This document shows, one piece after another, positions 27,837 through 34,912 of a stretch of DNA of 34,912 bases. The stretch's first letter is position 1. The number at the start of each line of letters is the position of its first letter. The DNA is taken from contig JANPKR010000257.1 of assembly GCA_031426175.1 (NCBI GenBank), forward strand, positions 1 to 34,912, in the 5' to 3' direction. This DNA is from Hydrogenophaga sp. GTDB lineage: Bacteria; Pseudomonadota; Gammaproteobacteria; Burkholderiales; Burkholderiaceae_C. The position numbers and the translations under genes are program-made. Under the pieces are notes generated by a model. It was not told the DNA's origin. It ran no database searches and saw nothing but the letters and a program-made list of their open reading frames with translations.

Positions 27837-28766
27837 ATGAATACCCTTCGCCTCACGCTGCGACAGCTGCAGATCTTCGTGGCGGTTGCGCGCAGCGGCA
27901 CTACCACGGCAGCCAGCGCCGAGATCGCGCTGTCGCAGTCGGCCACCAGCTCGGCCGTGAATGAACTTGAGCGGCTGCTGTCGCTGCGCCTGTTCGACCG
28001 CGCGGGCAAGCGCCTGCTGCTCAACGACAACGGCCGTGCGTTACTGCCGCGGGCCCTGGCGCTGCTGGACGGTGCCGCCGGCATCGAGTTGATGTCCCGC
28101 GATGGCAGCGCCCAGGCGCAGTCGCTGCGCATCGGCGCCAGCACCACCATCGGCAACTATGTGCTGCCCAGGCTGCTGGCCCGTTTTGTCGCAGCGCAAC
28201 CGGGCCATGCCAGTGCCTGGCGCTCAAAGGTCGTGATCGGAAACACGGCGGCCATCTGTGACGCGGTCGCTGCGTTTGAACTGGACGTGGGCCTGATCGA
28301 AGGGCCTTGCCACCAAGCGGCGCTGGCCGTCACGCCATGGCACCAGGACGAGATGGTGGTCGTTACATCGCCCGACAGCGCGTGGGCACGAATGAGCCTG
28401 GCCGGCGAGCGGGTGCCAATGCGGACACTGCGTGAAGGGGTCTGGCTGGTGCGTGAGTTGGGCTCGGGAACGCGCGAGGCCACCGACCAAAGTCTGCTGC
28501 CCCACTTGCGCTCCTACCGTCGAAGCATCGAGCTGGGAAGTTCGGAGGCGATCAAACATGCGGCCGAGGCGGGTATGGGGGTGGCCTGCCTTTCGTCGTG
28601 GGTCGTGAGCGACGCTTTGGAGGCCGGCCGCCTGTGCCGCATCGCCACGACCTTGCCGCGGCAGCTCCGACAATCTCACCTGGTCGTGCATCGCGACAAA
28701 CAGCCCACCGCTTCGCTGCTGGCATTTGTCGACCAGGTATCTGGCGCCGAGAAAACGGCGCCATGA
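27837..28766 (+). CDS. yeiE: LysR-family regulator, YeiE/CysL-like
   Basis: LTLRQLQIF...SQSATSSAVNELE, LFDRAGKRLLLNDNG, IGASTTIGNYVLP, GLIEGPC, RELGSGTRE, ELGSSEAIK; divergent from yeiH. Confidence 0.88.
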   Translation: MNTLRLTLRQLQIFVAVARSGTTTAASAEIALSQSATSSAVNELERLLSLRLFDRAGKRLLLNDNGRALLPRALALLDGAAGIELMSRDGSAQAQSLRIGASTTIGNYVLPRLLARFVAAQPGHASAWRSKVVIGNTAAICDAVAAFELDVGLIEGPCHQAALAVTPWHQDEMVVVTSPDSAWARMSLAGERVPMRTLREGVWLVRELGSGTREATDQSLLPHLRSYRRSIELGSSEAIKHAAEAGMGVACLSSWVVSDALEAGRLCRIATTLPRQLRQSHLVVHRDKQPTASLLAFVDQVSGAEKTAP

Positions 28767-29220
28767 AATGTGACTCCATCGAGGTCAGGCCTGAGCAGCT
28801 CGCCAGTCGGCGCTCAAAGCTTATCCACGCACCTTCAACGAGATTCACGGCAGGCTCACCTGCACAAATGCCGGATGCGGATGGCGAGGTCAAGACTGCC
28901 GCATATCCACATACCGCACGCGATGTCTTGGGCATTGCGATCCAACGGCCACCCCTTGTCTCCTTCTTTATTTGCGGCGAGAGCAATGATCAGAATGTTG
29001 CAACAGCATCAGGTCAAAGTGAACTATTGCCCGTCTATCACGCACTTTGAGGAGCACTGGGAACCCGGGTGGCGGGTATTGCGCTACGGACACTGAAGGA
29101 CCAAAAGAAGTGATTCGCCCTCCCTGCTGGCGCTTGAAGAAGGCCTGCCCAGGGTCCAGAACACCGTTTCGTCCGTGACGCAAAGGGCCATTCCAGAACT
29201 TTGCACTTCGCTACAGTGCC

Positions 29221-29470
29221 GAACGACCGGTACAGGTAATCGATCGGTCGCTTGAGATCCTGACCGGTGAGCGACCGCTTGCGGTGGCGCCCATGGACTC
29301 TGCCGTCGAACCTAAGTGGCAGCAATCAGTCTTGAGCGGGCGTCGGAACTTCGAGACCCGCTTCGCAGCGATTGCTGCTTTTGGCTCACTCGGGTTTCAA
29401 ACGCACTCCATGCCCAAAAGCGGTCACTCTTCAGCGTCTTCTGGACAGCTGCTTGCGGACAAAGCTGTCG
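29221..29470. repeat. Cluster of about six degenerate ~25-30-bp palindromes (right copy of the repeat at 18868-18944)
   Basis: CGACCG-N15-CGGTCG (29224-29250), GCGACCGC-TT-GCGGTGGC (29271-29288), TGGCAGC-N12-GCGGGCG (29317-29342), GACCCGC-N12-GCTGC (29355-29378), a unit ending in GCGGTCACTC (29420-29429), GACAGC-N14-GCTGTC (29444-29469). Confidence 0.45.
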
Positions 29471-29507
29471 TAAAAGGCGAGCCGTTGCATTGAGGTTTCT
29501 GGGTGGG

Positions 29508-32500
29508 TCAAGTTGACTCCTGAACCTTGGAGGGTGTACGCGGCCGCCTCATAAGCCGGTACACCACCGGCACCACCAACAGAGAAAGCAATGGCGCGCT
29601 GATCATGCCGCCGATCATGGGCGCAGCAATCCGCTGCATCACCTCGCTGCCGGTGCCCATGCCCCAGAACAGCGGCAGCAGGCCGGCCACGATGGTGGCC
29701 ACCGTCATGGCCTTGGGCCGCACCCGCAGCACCGCGCCTTCCCGGATGGCTTCCAGCAGCGAAGGCTCGTCGGTGCGCCCGGCGTCCAGCCGCTCCTGCC
29801 ACGCCTGCTTGAGGTAGATCAGCATGATCACGCCGAACTCGGCCGCCACACCGGCCAGCGCAATGAAGCCCACCACACTGGCCACCGACAGGTTGTGCCC
29901 CAGCAGCCAGAGGAACCACACCCCACCCACCAAAGCAAATGGCAGCGTGGCCATGATCAACAGCGCCTCGTCGAAGCGGCGGAAGATCAGGTACAGCAAC
30001 ACGAAGATGATCAGCAGCGTGACCGGCACCACCAGCTTGAGCTTGGCGGTGGCGCGCTCCAGGAACTCGAACTGCCCCGACCACGACACCGAGTACCCGG
30101 GGGGCAACACCACCTGTTCTGTCACTGCGCGTTGCATGTCCAGCACCGCACCGCGCAGGTCGCGCCCGCGGATGTCCACGTACACAAAACCAGCCAGGCG
30201 CGCGTTCTCGCTGCGCAGCATGGGTGGGCCTTCGGTGATGCGCAGGTCGGCCACGTCGGACAACACCAGGCGCTGGCCGCCGGGCGCCACGATGGGCAGC
30301 GCGCGCAGCTCGGGAAGCGAGTCGCGCAACTCGCGCGGGTAGCGCAAATTGATCGGGAAACGTTGCAACCCCTCCACCGTCTCACCGATGTTCATGCCGC
30401 CCACGCTGCCGGCCACGATGTCCTGCACGTCGGCAATGTTCAGGCCGTAGCGCGCGGCGTCCGAGCGGCGGATGTCCACGTCGATGTAACGACCGCCCGT
30501 GAGGCGCTCGGCCAGGGCGCTGCTGACGCCGGGTACGTCCTTCACCGCTTTCTCGATCTCGCCGGTCAGGCGGTCGATGGTGGCGAGGTCGGGACCAGCC
30601 ACCTTCACGCCCACAGGGCTCTTGATACCGGTGGCCAGCATGTCGATGCGGTTGCGGATCGGGGGCACCCAGATGTTGGAGAGACCGGGCACGCGCACGG
30701 TGCGGTCGAGCTCCTCGATCAGCGCCTCGGGCGTGAGGCCGGCTCGCCATTCGTTGCGCGGTTTGAACTGGATCGTGGTCTCGAACATCTCCAGCGGCGC
30801 CGGATCGGTGGCGGTCTCGGCGCGCCCGGCCTTGCCGTACACGCTCTGCACCTCGGGGATGGTCTTGATGAGCCGGTCGGTCTGCTGCAGCAGCTCGGCC
30901 GCCTTGGACGCCGAGAGCCCGGGCAGCGCGGTCGGCATGTAAAGCAGATCGCCCTCGTCCAGCGGCGGCATGAACTCGCTGCCCAGTTGGCGCAGCGGCC
31001 ACATGCTGGCCACCAGCACCAAGGCCGCCACCACCAGCGTGAGCTTCGGCGCTTTCAGCACCGCATCCAGCACCGGTCGGTACAGCGCGATCAGCGCGCG
31101 GTTCAACGGGTTGGCGGTCTCGGCCGGGATGCGTCCACGGATCAGGTAACCCATCAGCACCGGGATGAGCGTCACGGCCAGACCGGCAGAGGCCGCCATG
31201 GCGTAGGTTTTGGTGAAGGCCAGCGGTGCGAACAGCCTGCCCTCCTGCGCCTCCAGCGTGAACACCGGAATGAAGCTCAGCGTGATGATGAGCAGCGAGA
31301 AGAAGAGCGCTGGACCCACCTCGGCGGCGGCGTCACCAATCACGCGCCACCGCGGCTCACCCTGCAGCGTTTCGCCCGGGTGGTGGTGCGCCCAGCGCTC
31401 CAGGTGCTTGTGGGCGTTTTCGATCATCACGATGGCCGCGTCCACCATGGCGCCGATGGCAATGGCGATGCCCCCCAGCGACATCACGTTGGCGTTGATA
31501 CCCTGCTGCTGCATCACGATGAAGGCCATCAACACGCCCAGCGGCAGCGACACGCTGGCCACCAGCGCGCTGCGCAGGTGAAACAAAAAGGCCAGGCACA
31601 CCAGCGCCACCACGATGAACTCTTCCAGCAACTTTTCACCGAGGTTCTTCACCGCGCGCTCGATCAGGCCCGAGCGGTCGTACACCGGCACGATCTCCAC
31701 GCCAGCCGGCAGGCTGCGCTGCAATTCGGTCAGCCGCGTCTTCACCGCCGCGATGGTCTGCAGCGCGTTCTTGCCCGAGCGCATCACCACCACACCGCCC
31801 ACCGCCTCGCCCTCGCCGTTGAGCTCTCCGATGCCACGGCGCATCTCCGGCCCGGTCTGCACGCGCGCCACGTCGCCCAGGCGCACCGACACACCAGCGG
31901 CGCTGGTGATGAGCGGAATGGCGCGGAAGTCGTCGAGCGTCTTGAGGTAACCGCTGGCGCGAACCGCGTACTCGGCCTCGCCCAGCTCCAGCACCGATCC
32001 CCCGGCCTCCTGGTTGCCGCGCCCCACCGCATCGGCCACCATGGATTGCGTCACGCGGTAAGCGGCCATCTTGTCGGGGTCGAGCATGATCTGGTACTGC
32101 TTGACCATGCCGCCCACGCTCGCCACCTCGGCCACGTCGGGCACGGTCTTGAGCTCGAAGCGCACGAACCAGTCCTGCAGGGCGCGCAGCTGCGCCACGT
32201 CCTGCCCACCGGTGCGGTCCACCAGCGCGTACTGGTAAATCCAGCCAACGCCGGTGGCGTCCGGCCCGATGCTGGAGCTGGCCCCACGCGGCAGGCGTGC
32301 CTGCACCTGGTTCAAATACTCCAGCACACGCGAGCGCGCCCAGTAAGGGTCCACCGCATCTTCAAACAGCACGTACACAAAGCTGTCGCCGAACATGGAG
32401 AAGCCGCGCACCGCGCGAGCGCCCGGCACCGAAAGCATGGTGGTGGTCAGCGGGTAGGTGACCTGGTTCTCCACGAGCTGTGGCGCCTGGCCGGGCCATG

Positions 32501-32654
32501 TGGTGCGGATGATCACCTGCGTGTCGGACAGGTCGGGCAGCGCGTCCAGCGGTGTGCGCTGCAGGGCTACCACACCCCAGGCGCTCAGCAGCGCGGTGGC
32601 CAGCAGCACGAGGAAACGGTTGGCAATGCTCCAGCGGATCAGACTGGCGATCAT
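29508..32654 (-). CDS. cusA: Heavy-metal RND efflux permease, CusA/SilA type (Cu+/Ag+)
   Basis: 1048 aa; [37 protein letters not shown]; Cu(I) Met triad equivalents [21 protein letters not shown]. Confidence 0.95.
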   Translation of the reverse strand: MIASLIRWSIANRFLVLLATALLSAWGVVALQRTPLDALPDLSDTQVIIRTTWPGQAPQLVENQVTYPLTTTMLSVPGARAVRGFSMFGDSFVYVLFEDAVDPYWARSRVLEYLNQVQARLPRGASSSIGPDATGVGWIYQYALVDRTGGQDVAQLRALQDWFVRFELKTVPDVAEVASVGGMVKQYQIMLDPDKMAAYRVTQSMVADAVGRGNQEAGGSVLELGEAEYAVRASGYLKTLDDFRAIPLITSAAGVSVRLGDVARVQTGPEMRRGIGELNGEGEAVGGVVVMRSGKNALQTIAAVKTRLTELQRSLPAGVEIVPVYDRSGLIERAVKNLGEKLLEEFIVVALVCLAFLFHLRSALVASVSLPLGVLMAFIVMQQQGINANVMSLGGIAIAIGAMVDAAIVMIENAHKHLERWAHHHPGETLQGEPRWRVIGDAAAEVGPALFFSLLIITLSFIPVFTLEAQEGRLFAPLAFTKTYAMAASAGLAVTLIPVLMGYLIRGRIPAETANPLNRALIALYRPVLDAVLKAPKLTLVVAALVLVASMWPLRQLGSEFMPPLDEGDLLYMPTALPGLSASKAAELLQQTDRLIKTIPEVQSVYGKAGRAETATDPAPLEMFETTIQFKPRNEWRAGLTPEALIEELDRTVRVPGLSNIWVPPIRNRIDMLATGIKSPVGVKVAGPDLATIDRLTGEIEKAVKDVPGVSSALAERLTGGRYIDVDIRRSDAARYGLNIADVQDIVAGSVGGMNIGETVEGLQRFPINLRYPRELRDSLPELRALPIVAPGGQRLVLSDVADLRITEGPPMLRSENARLAGFVYVDIRGRDLRGAVLDMQRAVTEQVVLPPGYSVSWSGQFEFLERATAKLKLVVPVTLLIIFVLLYLIFRRFDEALLIMATLPFALVGGVWFLWLLGHNLSVASVVGFIALAGVAAEFGVIMLIYLKQAWQERLDAGRTDEPSLLEAIREGAVLRVRPKAMTVATIVAGLLPLFWGMGTGSEVMQRIAAPMIGGMISAPLLSLLVVPVVYRLMRRPRTPSKVQEST

Positions 32655-34258
32655 TTGCCGGCCTCCGGTGCCACACGCTGCAGGCTGGTGATGCGCGGTA
32701 CGTCCCCGCCCTGCATTTCAAACTCGATCTGCAGGCGGTCCCCCGCCTCCAGATCGCGTGGCTGCTGCGCTCGCGGCGGCAGTTTGAAGTCCATTTGCAT
32801 CGTTGGCCACTTCAGCGCCGCAATGGGCGGGTGCGTGAGCGTGACCGTGTCGCCGCTGAGTGCGTCGATCACCGCGTCGGTGGTGTAGCGCTGAACCGTG
32901 GGCGCAGGCTCCTGGTTGAGCCGCGCCTCCAGCCCGCGCAGACTGGCTTCGGAGTCGATCAGGAACTGGCCCGAAAGCACCACGCGCTGTCCCATCTGAA
33001 GACCAGCGCTGATCTCGGTCTGGCCACCCACCTCCAGGCCCGCCGTCACCTCCACCGGACGGAACCGCCCGCCCTCCTCGGCCACCATCACCACGCTGCG
33101 CCGCCCGGTGTGAATCACTGCGTCGCTGGGCACCAGCAGCGTGGTGGCGGTCTTGGGTCGATCCAGCCGCATGCTCACCAGCATGCCCGGTACCAGCCGA
33201 CCCTGCGGGTTGGCCAGTTGCACGCGAGCGCGAATGGTGCGCGTGACCGAATCTACTTCAGGCAGCAACGCTTGCACCTGGCCTTCAAACGTCTGCCCTG
33301 GCGCACCGGGGCTGGTGGTACGCACGCGCGCACCCGGCTGCAGCAGCCCTGCCTGGCTCTCCGGCACGGCGCCTTCGGCCCACACGGTGCGGGTGCCCTG
33401 CAGACGCATGAGCGTCATGCCCGGCATCACGGTGGCGCCCTCACGCACCATGAGTTCGCTCACGATGCCGGCGATGGGCGCGGTGAGCGTGAAGCGCGGC
33501 TGCACCACGCCGGAGGCCACCACGCGCTGGATGTGCGCGGGTGTCATGCCGGCCTGGCGCATGCGCTGGCGCGCGGCATCTTTCAATGTGTCGGTGCCGT
33601 CAACGCTCAGGCGCGCAAGCGCGAGGTACTCCTCCTGCGCGGCCACCCAGTCGGGCACGTACAGCTCGGCCAGCGGTGCACCGGCGGCCACACGGTCGAG
33701 CGCGGCCTTCACATGCAGCTTCTCCACGAAGCCCATGGCGCGCGAACTCAGTTCCACACGCTCACGCTCGTTCCAGGCCACATTGCCCACCGCCGTCACC
33801 TCCGACACCAGCGAGCCCTCCACCACCGGCGCGGTGCGCAAGCCCAGGTTCTGCTGGATGCGCGGACTCACCGTGACGCTGCTGGCGTCGGCCGCATCGC
33901 TGCCGGCGTAACGCGGCACCAGCATCATGTCCATGAAGGGCGACTTGGCCGGGGCCTCGAAGTTCTTGCCCGGCACCATCGGGTCGTGGTAGTTCAGGAT
34001 TCGCCGACCCGTGGCCGGGTCCACATCGCCGGCCTTGAGAGCATCGCGGATATGCCGGCGCGTGGCTTCTTCGCCCTGCGGGATGGTCCACAGCGACGGG
34101 TCGTCGGTGGACGCTGTGCTGGTGCTTGCCGCAGGCTGTGCGGTGGTCTGCGTGGTGTGGCCCATGCCCTGCTGCATGCCCAGCCACCAGGCGCCACCGC
34201 CCACGGCAACGACTGCGGCCGCAGCGGCCAGGGCGATGAGGGAGGTTGTCTTGTTCAT
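32651..34258 (-). CDS. cusB: RND periplasmic adaptor CusB with an N-terminal Met-rich metal-binding domain and a fused C-terminal CusF domain
   Basis: YHDPMVP...[11 protein letters not shown]; MFP core ([31 protein letters not shown]); tail [20 protein letters not shown] matches the CusF H-W-M-M motif. Confidence 0.93.
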   Translation of the reverse strand: MNKTTSLIALAAAAAVVAVGGGAWWLGMQQGMGHTTQTTAQPAASTSTASTDDPSLWTIPQGEEATRRHIRDALKAGDVDPATGRRILNYHDPMVPGKNFEAPAKSPFMDMMLVPRYAGSDAADASSVTVSPRIQQNLGLRTAPVVEGSLVSEVTAVGNVAWNERERVELSSRAMGFVEKLHVKAALDRVAAGAPLAELYVPDWVAAQEEYLALARLSVDGTDTLKDAARQRMRQAGMTPAHIQRVVASGVVQPRFTLTAPIAGIVSELMVREGATVMPGMTLMRLQGTRTVWAEGAVPESQAGLLQPGARVRTTSPGAPGQTFEGQVQALLPEVDSVTRTIRARVQLANPQGRLVPGMLVSMRLDRPKTATTLLVPSDAVIHTGRRSVVMVAEEGGRFRPVEVTAGLEVGGQTEISAGLQMGQRVVLSGQFLIDSEASLRGLEARLNQEPAPTVQRYTTDAVIDALSGDTVTLTHPPIAALKWPTMQMDFKLPPRAQQPRDLEAGDRLQIEFEMQGGDVPRITSLQRVAPEAGK

Positions 34259-34911
34259 GGCTTCACTCCCGCGGAGGTGTTGGGGAACAGGTATTCAAGC
34301 CGCGCCCAAAGGCCGGCGGTTTCGCGCTCCAGCATCAGCCGCTCCAGCGCCAGGCTCAGCGCATCGCGGCGCGCCTGCAGCACGGCGCCCAGACCCTCTC
34401 TACCGCCACGGTAAGCAGCGAGCGCCACTTCAATCCGCTGTCCCGCCAGCGGCTGGCGTTGCGCATCCAGGTGCGCCAGCCGCTGCAGCCCGGCGCGCCA
34501 GTCTTGCTGCCAGCGCTGCACTTGCAGCACACGCTCGCGCGTCTGCTCTTCGCGCTCGGCTTCCAGCTCGTTCACTCGGGCGAGTCGCGCGGCGACTTCG
34601 CGCTGCTGCCGCTGCGGCTTGTCCCACTGCAACGGCACCGACACGCCGATTGACACCATGTTGGAGAACTGCGAACCGCGCTGGCTGAACATGAGTTCGA
34701 CGCTCCAGTCGGGCTTGAGGTCCTGGCGGGCGATTTCAGCCTCGGCCCGGGCCACAGCCTCGCGAGCCTGCAGCGCAACGAGATCGGGCAGGTTGCGCAA
34801 TGGGTCCGCTTCACCCACCGCTGCGGTGATCTGCCGCATGGGCGGTGGATCGGCCAGCGGCTGGTCCGGCGGCCCACCGGTGAAGCGCGCCAGCGTGAGG
34901 CGGGCGTTGGC
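34255..34911 (-). CDS. cusC: TolC-family outer-membrane factor (CusC-like); 5' part outside the window
   Basis: Frame is open to the window edge; PDWSVELMFSQRG...SNMVSIGVSVPL, ALAAYRGG...VLQAR; ATGA overlap with cusB. Confidence 0.85.
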   Translation of the reverse strand, partial: ANARLTLARFTGGPPDQPLADPPPMRQITAAVGEADPLRNLPDLVALQAREAVARAEAEIARQDLKPDWSVELMFSQRGSQFSNMVSIGVSVPLQWDKPQRQQREVAARLARVNELEAEREEQTRERVLQVQRWQQDWRAGLQRLAHLDAQRQPLAGQRIEVALAAYRGGREGLGAVLQARRDALSLALERLMLERETAGLWARLEYLFPNTSAGVKP

Positions 34912-34912
34912 G

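Larger units (their letters stand above)
18713..34912. mobile_element. Tn7-like transposon / genomic island at attTn7; glmS-proximal end present, distal end outside the window
   Basis: Terminus TGTTCCGACCCAATAAAGTC aligns position-for-position with the Tn7 right end TGTGGGCGGACAATAAAGTC. It is followed by accessory sulfite and metal genes. Extent to the window end is inferred because no second end was seen. Confidence 0.8.

Noticed and set aside
28770-29516. Short ORFs in the junction as real genes or tns/IS fragments
   Set aside because: No recognisable motifs, RBS, codon bias or terminal inverted repeats, and no inverted TnsB sites or ...ACA-ACTAG end.
29895-32888. 997-aa + strand ORF (also 32552..34414)
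   Set aside because: Antisense shadow of cusA/cusB, typical of high-GC DNA, with no recognisable motifs.

Overview
High-GC betaproteobacterial chromosome segment; gene content and order look Comamonadaceae-like. Bases 1-18688 are core or housekeeping: a partial GH15 gene, otsB, cca, a GST, a CsoR-family repressor, an NDUFA9-like SDR, slt, 5-formyl-THF cyclo-ligase, a DMT transporter, LysR/DUF2917, TetR, an MBL hydrolase, an ArsB/NhaD-type permease, a lipoprotein, glmU, DUF2726, Lrp and glmS. A Tn7-like transposon end (TGT plus three contiguous 20-bp TnsB-type sites) begins 24 bp after the glmS stop codon, the canonical attTn7 position. The remaining ~16 kb is cargo, with no tns genes and no second end in the window. 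The first cargo block is an apparent sulfite-response module: SorT/SorU sulfite dehydrogenase, two tandem ECF sigma/anti-sigma pairs with readable ECF-type promoters, a Tat-exported His-rich beta-propeller coupled to a signal-less DUF305 (CopM-like) protein, COG4315 and SnoaL-like secreted proteins, and yeiH/yeiE. It is bracketed by degenerate palindromic direct repeats. The second block is a cusC-cusB(F)-cusA Cu/Ag efflux operon that runs off the window edge. No rRNA, tRNA or CRISPR array was seen. All family calls come from motif recognition by eye; no database searches were run.
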